A stretch of 55,060 bases of DNA from an uncultured bacterium (lineage in GTDB: Bacteria; Poribacteria; WGA-4E; UBA9662). Within the stretch, counting starts at the first letter, position 1. Each line of letters starts with the position of its first letter. Location of the stretch: assembly GCA_964451145.1 (NCBI GenBank), contig CAYVHK010000005.1:1-55060 (forward strand). The letters are read 5' to 3'. The notes beneath the pieces were generated by a model. That model ran no database searches, was not told the origin of the DNA, and worked only from the letters and a program-made list of their open reading frames with translations. Below, piece after piece: positions 22,126-31,016 of the stretch. Made by a program: the position numbers and the translations under genes.

Positions 22126-23023
22126 TACTCAGATTAACGTTGAATTACCCCAGAAAACCGTTCAAGAGCAATCAGAACCAAAAATTGTTACACAAAGTGT
22201 AAAAGCTTTTATCTTATTATTCATCGTATTGTCGATTAGCCGATGTTTGTTTGATAAATTAGATTTAAAGCAAGTATCAATCGTCGGCAGCCAACGTTAT
22301 TCTAAAAAAGAAATTCTTTACGCATCTGGCCTGAGTTTAGATCAAGATAAAATGCTAGGAATTTCACTACCCAAACTGACAAAAAGAATTAAGAAAACCT
22401 TGAGTTATATCAAGGATGTCCAAATTTCAAAGCGTAACCTTGATCGATCAGTAGACATATTGGTCACCGAGCGGTTACCTTATGCTATCGTTGAAATTTT
22501 GACACAATCTCAGAAAAAGTTCGCTCTGGTGGATATCGAGGGGTATGTGTTAAAATGTTCGGATAATCTTAAAAAGTTGATTAAAACAGATACAACTGAT
22601 CAGACCTATATGTTTACTTTCCGAACAAAGTTTGCAAGAAGGCATCGAGTTAGTGTGTTTGAAGGTAGCTTGCTCCCAGAAAATCAAAGAAACGGCTTCT
22701 TCGTATGTCAACGAGTTTTTTCTGAAATTAAACAACAAGTACCCGAACTGGTATCTCAAGTTAGAACTATCGCTGTTGATTTGAGAATGGATCAATCCTC
22801 TACAATAAGAGCTAACAGTTGTGAGTATTCAATCACTCTTAATTGTGAAGGTTTGCCTGAGATTTTGTTATCGACAAACCTAATCCAAGATGGATTACGG
22901 AAGGTAGGAGCCCTCATACGATCAGATCAAATGCGTGTTGTAACCGACCAAATGCTAAATGGCTACTTAGATGCGAGGTTCGAGAACGTTCTATATTGGG
23001 GAGAAGAAGGAAATGGCAAGTGA
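22118..23023 (+). CDS. ftsQ: Cell division protein FtsQ (POTRA domain, single N-terminal TM helix)
   Basis: 301-aa ORF with a TM segment (AFILLFIVLSISRCLF) followed by a POTRA-like LKQVSIVGSQRYSKKEILYASGL. Positioned between murC and ftsA. Ends TGA TGA, overlapping the ftsA start. Confidence 0.75.
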   Translation: MFNTQINVELPQKTVQEQSEPKIVTQSVKAFILLFIVLSISRCLFDKLDLKQVSIVGSQRYSKKEILYASGLSLDQDKMLGISLPKLTKRIKKTLSYIKDVQISKRNLDRSVDILVTERLPYAIVEILTQSQKKFALVDIEGYVLKCSDNLKKLIKTDTTDQTYMFTFRTKFARRHRVSVFEGSLLPENQRNGFFVCQRVFSEIKQQVPELVSQVRTIAVDLRMDQSSTIRANSCEYSITLNCEGLPEILLSTNLIQDGLRKVGALIRSDQMRVVTDQMLNGYLDARFENVLYWGEEGNGK

Positions 23024-24290
23024 TGACATTGTTGTTGGTTTAGATATTGGTACCAGTAAAATTGCCACTATTATTGGCAATACTTGGCAATCCGATCCGG
23101 AGAAAATCGAGATTGTTGGTGTTGGTAAGTCACCTTCTGAAGGACTGCGAAAAGGTGTGGTTGTCGACATTGAAAAAACTACTGCTTCTATTCGGGAATC
23201 TGTAAAAGAAGCAGAAATAATGGCTGGTGTCCAAGTTGGTTCAGTCTACGCTGGCATTGCTGGTGGACATATTATGGGACATACCTCAGAAGGTGTAGTG
23301 GCAGTAGCTGGAGAGGGACACGAAATTACTAAATCGGATGTGGATCGGGCTATTAATACTGCAAAGGCAACGGCGACTCCGGTTGACCGTGAGGTTATTC
23401 ATGTCTTGCCACAAGACTTTTCGGTTGATGATCAAGAGGGAATCAAACATCCAATTGGTATGTCAGGAATTCGGCTTCAAGCTAATGTCCACATCATCAC
23501 TGGTGCAGTGGCCTCAGTGCAAAATTTGCTCAAAAGTGTGAATAATGCAGGCCTATCAGTTGAAGACATTGTCTTAGAACCAATAGCTTCTGCCGATTCA
23601 ATTTTATCAGTGGATGAGCGGTCGGTCGGTGTAACTTTAGCCGATATGGGTGGTGGCACAACAGACATTGTGATTTATCAAGAAGATGCACTACGTCATA
23701 CAAAAGTAATTTCTGTTGGTGGCGACCACGTGACCAATGATATAGCTCAGGTGTTGCGAATGACCCCTTACGACGCTGAGATATTGAAACGTCGCAAAGG
23801 TTGTGCTTTAGCAGACTTGATCGAATCGCATGAAAAAATTCAACCGCCAACAGTGAGTGGAATGCCCGCCACTGTTAATTCAGGTAGTCGAATACAGAGA
23901 CCGCGGCTAATTGACCGCCAACATTTGGCTGAAATTGTTCAGTGTCGTATGGAAGAAACACTGAACATCATTCACAACGAAATTGCATCTTTCAAAGTAC
24001 CAATACCGGCTGGACTAGTGTTGACCGGTGGCACTTCCCTGATTTCAGGATTAATGGAATTGGCCCACGATCGACTTCCATACCCAGTACGAATTGGTTA
24101 CCCCAAGCCTTTGAAAGGATTGAGTGCACATGTTAATAGCCCAATTTTTGCTACAGGTGTAGGGCTAGTAATGTACGGTACTCGTATGCGACAATCAGCG
24201 GAAGGTGTCAGGCAATTTATGAAGCCAGGTGATAATTTATTTGAACAAATTCTGCAGCGGATGAAAGAGTGGTTCAGTGAATATTTTTAG
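23013..24290 (+). CDS. ftsA: Cell division protein FtsA
   Basis: MASDDIVVGLDIGTSKIATIIG, ADMGGGTTDIVIY, LTGGTSLISGL (actin-fold motifs), and a C-terminal amphipathic helix LFEQILQRMKEWFSEYF. ATG 23013 is preceded by GAAGGA. Confidence 0.92.
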   Translation: MASDDIVVGLDIGTSKIATIIGNTWQSDPEKIEIVGVGKSPSEGLRKGVVVDIEKTTASIRESVKEAEIMAGVQVGSVYAGIAGGHIMGHTSEGVVAVAGEGHEITKSDVDRAINTAKATATPVDREVIHVLPQDFSVDDQEGIKHPIGMSGIRLQANVHIITGAVASVQNLLKSVNNAGLSVEDIVLEPIASADSILSVDERSVGVTLADMGGGTTDIVIYQEDALRHTKVISVGGDHVTNDIAQVLRMTPYDAEILKRRKGCALADLIESHEKIQPPTVSGMPATVNSGSRIQRPRLIDRQHLAEIVQCRMEETLNIIHNEIASFKVPIPAGLVLTGGTSLISGLMELAHDRLPYPVRIGYPKPLKGLSAHVNSPIFATGVGLVMYGTRMRQSAEGVRQFMKPGDNLFEQILQRMKEWFSEYF

Positions 24291-24323
24291 ACTATTAAAG
24301 TTATACAACTGGCCTCAACTAAC

Positions 24324-25802
24324 TTAACGACCTAGGATTCTTCGTACTGTATTTCGGTTAATACCTAGCATTCGCGCTGTCTTTGATTGATTTTTGTCTG
24401 TAAATTCATATACTTTTTTTACATACCAATTCTCAAAAGTTTTGCGAGCTTCATTATAAGGCTGAATTGTCAGCAAATGGTTTAGCTCTCCTAAATTGCC
24501 TTCAATGTGTTTCTGTGGGACTCCTGAGTAGTCGTGTTCGTTCTTCGCGGCAAGATCAAGGTTATCTACAGAAATGGATTGGCTATCGGAAAATAGTACA
24601 TTCCTTTGTACAACATCCATTAGTTCTCTTACGTTTCCATCCCAAACTTTTTTTTCTAAAAAATCGATAGCCTGTGTGGTAAAGTATCGGTCGACTTGAT
24701 ATTCTTGACAGAATTTTTTACAGAAGTGTTGTACAAGTAGACGAATATCCCCTGTACGTTTTTGTAGATTTGGCAGATTAATTGGTAATGCGCTCAGTCG
24801 AAAATATAGGTCTTGCCGAAAAAGCCCATCCACCATCGATTGTCTGAGATCTCGGGTGGTCGCGGCGATGACTCGCACATCGACGGTTCTTTCTTGATTT
24901 TCACCGATTCGCTTAATTTTCTTTTCTTGTAAAACTCGGAGCAGACGGGGCTGCATGATCAATGGCATTTCGCCAATTTCGTCTAAAAATATGGTGCCAC
25001 CGTTAGCTGCTTCAAACGCACCTAAACGCTGATCAGTAGCCCCACTAAAAGCACCTTTTTTGTGTCCAAAAAGTTCATCCTCTATCAAATCTTCCGGAAA
25101 GGCAGCACAATTCAGGGGTAAAAAAGGGCAATCTGATCGCTGGCTATGGTAGTGGATAGCTTGGGCAACTAGCTCTTTTCCAGTGCCCGTCTCTCCTGTA
25201 ATTAGTGTTGCTGGTACAGAATTAGCACTTTGATCAATCTCGGCTATTCGTTCAATCTGATCGAAGATTTTCCGCATAGATAATGAGGTGCCAACAATAA
25301 TCTGTCCCGTTGCATAAGGGAAACCGCCGATGCGGTTAATGTTTTGATTTTGTTGCCGACGAATAGTTTTCTCCAAACGCAATCGTTCATTAATGGCTTG
25401 AACACGAAACAGCAACGCATCCAGAAAGCCACTTCCTTTTTCGATGAAATCTGTTGCGCCTCTCCGAATAGCCTCCAAAGCATTTTCGATTTGGCTATTA
25501 CCAGTTACAACCACAATCTTACAGTCAGGGTGTTGTTGTCGAATGTAAGATAAAAAAGACAAACCTTCTAGGTCCGATTTTGTTTGTTCCAGCTCAGTTT
25601 TTTTTGGAATGATAGCCTGAAAATTGGTCATTTCAAATGAAAGATCGAGCAAGATAATATCTGGGGAAAATTGAGCCAGCTTAGAAATAGCTTCCACTGG
25701 AGTTGCTGCCGTTTCAAAAATCATTTCGAGAGGTGATAACTTGCGTTGGTAATGCTGCCAAAAAGCTATTTCGTCTTCGATAATCAGGACTTTGCTCTTC
25801 AT
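24324..25802 (-). CDS. Sigma54-dependent response regulator (receiver + AAA+ enhancer-binding domain + Fis-type HTH)
   Basis: Receiver: VLIIEDE...ILLDLSF...VVVTGN...FIEKG. AAA+: TGETGTGKELVAQAIH, GAFSGA (the GAFTGA-type sigma54 contact), GTIFLDEIGEM. C-terminal HTH: KTARMLGINRNTVRRIL. Confidence 0.9.
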   Translation of the reverse strand: MKSKVLIIEDEIAFWQHYQRKLSPLEMIFETAATPVEAISKLAQFSPDIILLDLSFEMTNFQAIIPKKTELEQTKSDLEGLSFLSYIRQQHPDCKIVVVTGNSQIENALEAIRRGATDFIEKGSGFLDALLFRVQAINERLRLEKTIRRQQNQNINRIGGFPYATGQIIVGTSLSMRKIFDQIERIAEIDQSANSVPATLITGETGTGKELVAQAIHYHSQRSDCPFLPLNCAAFPEDLIEDELFGHKKGAFSGATDQRLGAFEAANGGTIFLDEIGEMPLIMQPRLLRVLQEKKIKRIGENQERTVDVRVIAATTRDLRQSMVDGLFRQDLYFRLSALPINLPNLQKRTGDIRLLVQHFCKKFCQEYQVDRYFTTQAIDFLEKKVWDGNVRELMDVVQRNVLFSDSQSISVDNLDLAAKNEHDYSGVPQKHIEGNLGELNHLLTIQPYNEARKTFENWYVKKVYEFTDKNQSKTARMLGINRNTVRRILGR

Positions 25803-25806
25803 TTTT

Positions 25807-28062
25807 TCAATTTTTAGCGAGGTTTAAGTGGATTATCCAGCCTTTGGTATCAGCAGGCTTGTACTTTTTTTCTTCCGAAGCACCGTTGCGTAGATATTTA
25901 GAAGTATGCCAAAGACAAATCCGCTTACTATCTGGTAACCAATGGATGTTTGTCAATCGCAGATTGGTACGGGCAATTTGCCATTTTCGGCGATTCTGCA
26001 GGTCATAAATCCAGACCATCCACTGTAATCCCATGCAGTCAGAACGTTCCAAAAAAGCTAATCGATGACCAGTTGGAGACCAGGTTGGTGCAGTATGTTT
26101 AAAAACTTTTGTTTCTAGTATTTTCCTGCTATTCGTAATGTGAAGTCGTTTGTCCAACACTGGATCTAACTTAGTTTGGCCGGTTTGTACGTGGGCCAAA
26201 TAAGTCCCATCCTCTGACCATTTTAGGCTTTGAAGTCGACGGCACTGTGTTGGGATAGTTTGTAGTCTATGACCAGAAACATTATAAATGGCAACTTCAG
26301 CACGACCTGTAGTGAAATGATAACCACCGAGGCCAATGGCAATTTTTTCCCCGTCTGGGGACCAAGCCGGTGGGACCAAATAAGAAAACGAATCAACTTG
26401 TCCATTAATCGGAACACGAGCTATAGTATGCAAACTACTACCGTCAATATTGACTTGATACAAAACATCCTCATTATCTTCCCAGCGTCGAAAGGCAACC
26501 TGATTCGCAGTTGGTGAGCAAGCGGGCGCATCCCCTTTTACAATTTTGATAAGTTCTTTGGTCATAGGATTGATTGCCCAAATGTAGCTTTCCTCTCCTT
26601 CGTAGGCTTCAAATACAATCCATTTACTATCTAATGACCAAGACAAATTAGGATTATAGAAATTGCCCTTACATTGTTTGTGAAATTGACGACTTTTAAT
26701 CGAAAAAGTCCACAATTCACTGGCTTGCCAATACTGTCCTGATAGATTAGTTCGGCGTAGAAAAGCAATAAACTTACCATTGGGAGACCAGTTAGGAACT
26801 TCTGCCCCGTTTATTAAAGAAATTGATTCGATCTGTTGGCTAATATCCATATTAAACTGAACTGATTCTTTATCTGAAAAATAACCAACAGCACTAGCTC
26901 GAACCCAACCGCGCTGACCGTTAGGCAACTGAACATGATGGAATTCTTTATGCCTCTCATTTCCTTTTCGACTCAAAGTAATTGGGGTTAGAATCGGTAT
27001 CATCATGCCGTCATTCAGCTCTACAATAATTGATTGTTCAGTTTTGCCTGTCGTCATTGGCGGAAATCTGTAAACGGGTAATTTGTCTTGAACAATTGTA
27101 CCAATGGTCATCTTAGATTCTATTTTGTCTGCCGTTTTTTTTTCAGTTGATTCGAGCGGGCAAAAAGCATAAACATAACCATCATAGGAAGTTACATATA
27201 GCATATTATCCGCAATAGCTGGTGTAGAATCAATGTAGCCATCAGTCTGGTAACTCCAAACAATATTTTGGTTCATTTGGTCAATAGCATAAAGTTGATT
27301 GTCGCGACTACCAATATAAACTGTACCATTAGCTATTATGGGATAGCTCTGACTAAATGGGATAACCTTTTGCCATTGGTCAGCTCGATGAAACGGTTGA
27401 CTTGGCATTAGCCGTCCATTGTGGCAAATGAAAGCTATATCATTGATTTGAACATGTCGATTTTCTTTCCGCAATAGTTGACCATCTATTGCTTGTAAAA
27501 GGTAAATAGTATGATTATAACTACCAGCGTAAACTATTCCGTTATCAACCAAGATTGGTCCGTTAACCCAGTTTTGTACTTTGAATCGCCAAACTTCCTG
27601 GCCACTTATCATTTCTAGTGCGTAAATATAGCCATCCGTAGAACTAAAGAAAACGAACTCATTCCAAACAGCAGCGGAAAAACGGATAGCACCTTCTGTG
27701 TTGAATTTCCATTTTACCCCCCATGATTTAGCTGAGAGAGCATAAAAAGAGTGATCCGTTGAACCGATGTATACAATATCCTCAACTACTACTGGACTAG
27801 CCTGTATTTGACCCCCAGTTTTAAATTTCCATTTCAACTTTAGTGGCGGTATTATTTTCTCGTCGTTGCTTTGGCCTGATTGTTTCAAGTCGGACATAAA
27901 CATCGGCCAATCTTGGATGCGTTGTGTTTTAGAAACAACAATCGGGTCAGTTGACCTGGGTTTTGCTGGCGGAAGATTGTCTGATTCACAGCCAATCAAA
28001 ATCACTAATATAAAAAGCGAGTAGGAAAAAATAACTAATCGAGATATATCATCACGAATCAT
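25807..28062 (-). CDS. Lipoprotein with an N-terminal PQQ/BamB-like beta-propeller, a central SH3-like segment and a C-terminal TolB/PD40-like beta-propeller
   Basis: Lipobox LVILIGC. Repeated PQQ-like blades (FYALSAKSWGVKWKF, IYALEMISGQEVWRF, LYAIDQMNQNIVWSY, VYAF). SH3-like HHVQLPNGQRGWVRASAVGYF. PD40-like repeats (WSPNGKFIAF, WSLDSKWIVF, WSPDGEKIAI, WSEDGTYLAH, WSPTGHRLAF). The stop is 4 nt before the regulator start. Confidence 0.7.
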   Translation of the reverse strand: MIRDDISRLVIFSYSLFILVILIGCESDNLPPAKPRSTDPIVVSKTQRIQDWPMFMSDLKQSGQSNDEKIIPPLKLKWKFKTGGQIQASPVVVEDIVYIGSTDHSFYALSAKSWGVKWKFNTEGAIRFSAAVWNEFVFFSSTDGYIYALEMISGQEVWRFKVQNWVNGPILVDNGIVYAGSYNHTIYLLQAIDGQLLRKENRHVQINDIAFICHNGRLMPSQPFHRADQWQKVIPFSQSYPIIANGTVYIGSRDNQLYAIDQMNQNIVWSYQTDGYIDSTPAIADNMLYVTSYDGYVYAFCPLESTEKKTADKIESKMTIGTIVQDKLPVYRFPPMTTGKTEQSIIVELNDGMMIPILTPITLSRKGNERHKEFHHVQLPNGQRGWVRASAVGYFSDKESVQFNMDISQQIESISLINGAEVPNWSPNGKFIAFLRRTNLSGQYWQASELWTFSIKSRQFHKQCKGNFYNPNLSWSLDSKWIVFEAYEGEESYIWAINPMTKELIKIVKGDAPACSPTANQVAFRRWEDNEDVLYQVNIDGSSLHTIARVPINGQVDSFSYLVPPAWSPDGEKIAIGLGGYHFTTGRAEVAIYNVSGHRLQTIPTQCRRLQSLKWSEDGTYLAHVQTGQTKLDPVLDKRLHITNSRKILETKVFKHTAPTWSPTGHRLAFLERSDCMGLQWMVWIYDLQNRRKWQIARTNLRLTNIHWLPDSKRICLWHTSKYLRNGASEEKKYKPADTKGWIIHLNLAKN

Positions 28063-28485
28063 TTACTTAAAATCCAATGCTTGAACAATGTCAGACATTA
28101 TGAAATTAGACTTGAGTTTTCATTTTTAGGACAGTTGAACATAAAATTCAAAAAATCTAGTAAGCTTAAAAGAGCAGTTTTTGGTCTGGTATAATTAACC
28201 AATAGAAACTACAAGTTCGTTTCGATTGAAAGTTAGTTAATTCTTTTTCTTATGAGGAAAAACTGTTTAAATGCCTAGATCTTAGATCTGAACTGGCAAA
28301 AATTATCACTAAAAAAGATTAGATCGTCCATAGTGACTGCGGTGAGTTTCTACCTTTATTTCATAACAAAGCTAACACAAAAATTTCGTCACAGCCAACA
28401 TGATTACTCTATCTTGCGTAAATGCTCATTAACTAGATCTAGTAATTTTTCTAAGTCAAAATTTAAAGGGTAGTAAATGACAGTT

Positions 28486-29199
28486 TTAGTCCTTTAATTG
28501 ATCTTGGAATACGGACTGAAGCTTTTTCATTTTTGGCGAGATAATGACCATGCAATAAGGTTGAGAGGGATTCGTGCGGTAGTAGTTTTGGTGATAAGCT
28601 TCTGCAGAATAAAAGACCGGAGCAGGCGAAATTTCGGTCACAATCGGATCTGGCCACAAGCCAGAACCTTCGGTTTCTTTTTTTGATCGAACTGCTGCCA
28701 AATGTTGTTTATCATCATGATAAAAAATAACGGATCGGTATTGAGTTCCAACATCGGCTCCTTGACGATTAAGTGTGGTTGGATTATGTGTGTGCCAAAA
28801 AACCTCTAGCAGATCGTCATAGGCTATTTTTCTGGGATCAAATGTAATTTGCACGACCTCAGCATGGCCAGTAGTACCCGTACAAATTTGTTTGTAAGTC
28901 GGGTCGGCAACTGTACCTCCGGCATATCCTGAAATGACTTCTTTTACCCCTTTTAGGCGTTGAAACACGGCCTCTACACACCAAAAACACCCCCCCCCAA
29001 GGGTAGCGATAGCTTGTTTTTCGTTTTTCACTGTTTGTACCTCTTTATCTGTTATTTGTTTTTTTGTTTGATATTGGGTGGCTGGTGTTACTATTTTCTG
29101 ATTTGTTTTTGGCTTTTCAATTACACAGCCAGAGTACATTATAGAAACCATTAAAATCAATAGGCAAAAGGGGGTTCTATGTTTGTAGAATTTGGTCAT
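28486..29199 (-). CDS. msrA: Peptide-methionine (S)-S-oxide reductase MsrA with a lipoprotein signal peptide
   Basis: Catalytic GGGCFWCVEAVF, HAEVVQITFDP, YHQNYY. N-terminal LLILMVSIMYSGC lipobox followed by a Lys/Gln/Thr-rich linker. Confidence 0.9.
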   Translation of the reverse strand: MTKFYKHRTPFCLLILMVSIMYSGCVIEKPKTNQKIVTPATQYQTKKQITDKEVQTVKNEKQAIATLGGGCFWCVEAVFQRLKGVKEVISGYAGGTVADPTYKQICTGTTGHAEVVQITFDPRKIAYDDLLEVFWHTHNPTTLNRQGADVGTQYRSVIFYHDDKQHLAAVRSKKETEGSGLWPDPIVTEISPAPVFYSAEAYHQNYYRTNPSQPYCMVIISPKMKKLQSVFQDQLKD

Positions 29200-29288
29200 C
29201 TCTGAATCTCGAACTCGATGGTACTAGCCTGATAGTATCAAAGTAGTCTTTGTTTTTCAAGTTTTAACGTCCTCTTATATATGATAAT

Positions 29289-31010
29289 ATGATCAGTGTG
29301 AAAAGTATTCGCTCCATAAAACTCCAGTTACAAATTATTTTATTTCATCCCTTTATTTTATTTCAATTTCTGTACATCCAGTTAGTAACTACTGAAATTG
29401 TACAATTTGTTGATGTCACATCTGAAGTAGGAATTAAATTTCGACACGAAAATGGCTATTCGAAAAAACATTTTATAGTGGAGACCCTTGGATCAGGTGT
29501 TGCGATTTTCGATTATAATAGTGATGGTTGGGTCGATCTATATTTTGTCAATAGTGGTTTTATCGATCAAGTTAATAATAATCTATCTAATTCTCTTTAT
29601 CGAAATTTAGGTGATGGGAGTTTCACTGATGTAACCGAAATGTCATCAGTTGGAGACACAGGATTTGGCATCGGTGTGTCTGTTGGAGATTATAATAATG
29701 ATGGTCATCCCGATCTTTACATTACTAATATAGGACCCAATGTTCTATATCGTAACAATGGCGATAGTACATTCACGGATACAACGCAATTTGCTGGTGT
29801 CGGATATGATGGGTGTAGTACAGGCTGCGCTTTTTTTGATTTCGACCGGGATGGAGACCTTGATTTATACGTGGTCAACTATGTGACTATTCAGGAGATG
29901 AATCATATAACTAGCAAAGACGGCTATAAAAACCCACTCTTCTATCAGGGAGCTGAGGATATATTATACCAAAATGAAGGAAACGGGACTTTTACTGAAA
30001 TAAACAATGGCAGATTCATGAGCCTAGAAGAAAAAATGCTCCTTTTCAAGGATGCTCGTGGACTTGGTGTGGTTGCTACCGATTTCAATCAAGATTGGTG
30101 GCCTGACATCTACATTGCTAACGACAAGTCCAAAAATCTTTACTTTCACCACAATGGTTTGGAGTTGACCGACCAAGTAATTTTCACGGAATCAGCGACC
30201 CTTATTGGCGTTGGTTACAATGGTTTTGGGGAGCCGTTGGCTGGAATGGGAATAGCGGTTGGTGATTATAATAACGACAGTAATATTGACATCTTCGTCA
30301 CTAATTTTGCCTACGAATACAATAATCTTTATCGATGTGAATTCAGCAGTAGTAACAACGTATTTTATTTTGATGATACAAATACAGCAAAGCTGGGTGA
30401 TCCTAGTTTTCTTTACGTAGGTTGGGGAACAACTTTTTTTGATTTTGATAACGACGGTGATTTGGATTTATTTGTTGCTAACGGTCATATTATGAATGAC
30501 TCTGAACTCAAATCCGATCAGCTGACTTATGCACAACCTGACCAGCTATTTGAAAATCAACTAATTCAACGAAAAGATGCATATTTTATTGACATTTCTG
30601 GAAAAAGTGGAAAATATTTCTCTCAACGTTATGTCGGCCGAGGGGCCGCCCATTTAGACTACGATAATGATGGTGATCTAGATTTGCTGATTTCTAATTC
30701 AGGACAGTCGCCAATTTTGCTTCGTAACAATGGTGGAAATCAGAAAAACTGGTTAGCCATTACCTTAGTCGGTCAAGCAATAGGAGCTAAACTGAAAATC
30801 CAATCTGGCGGTCAAACTCAAATTCGTCAAGTAGAAAGTAGTGCGAGCTACTGTTCTGTCAATGATCCTCGTGTCTACTTCGGAATTGGATCAGCTAAGG
30901 TTATCAACCAACTTGAAATTTGGTGGAACAAAGATCATTCTCAAACTTTGATTAACATTCGGGCTAACCAACACTTAGTAATCTTTCAGAAATCTTCCAA
31001 TGTGGACTAA
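29289..31010 (+). CDS. CRTAC1-family protein: FG-GAP/VCBS repeats plus an ASPIC/UnbV-like C-terminal domain
   Basis: Repeats DYNSDGWVDLYFVN, DYNNDGHPDLYITN, DFDRDGDLDLYVVN, DFDNDGDLDLFVAN, DYDNDGDLDLLISN. C-terminus NWLAITLVG..GAKLKIQSGGQTQIRQVESSASYCSVNDPRVYFGIG. N-terminal hydrophobic signal or anchor. Confidence 0.85.
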   Translation: MISVKSIRSIKLQLQIILFHPFILFQFLYIQLVTTEIVQFVDVTSEVGIKFRHENGYSKKHFIVETLGSGVAIFDYNSDGWVDLYFVNSGFIDQVNNNLSNSLYRNLGDGSFTDVTEMSSVGDTGFGIGVSVGDYNNDGHPDLYITNIGPNVLYRNNGDSTFTDTTQFAGVGYDGCSTGCAFFDFDRDGDLDLYVVNYVTIQEMNHITSKDGYKNPLFYQGAEDILYQNEGNGTFTEINNGRFMSLEEKMLLFKDARGLGVVATDFNQDWWPDIYIANDKSKNLYFHHNGLELTDQVIFTESATLIGVGYNGFGEPLAGMGIAVGDYNNDSNIDIFVTNFAYEYNNLYRCEFSSSNNVFYFDDTNTAKLGDPSFLYVGWGTTFFDFDNDGDLDLFVANGHIMNDSELKSDQLTYAQPDQLFENQLIQRKDAYFIDISGKSGKYFSQRYVGRGAAHLDYDNDGDLDLLISNSGQSPILLRNNGGNQKNWLAITLVGQAIGAKLKIQSGGQTQIRQVESSASYCSVNDPRVYFGIGSAKVINQLEIWWNKDHSQTLINIRANQHLVIFQKSSNVD

Positions 31011-31016
31011 ATTCAT

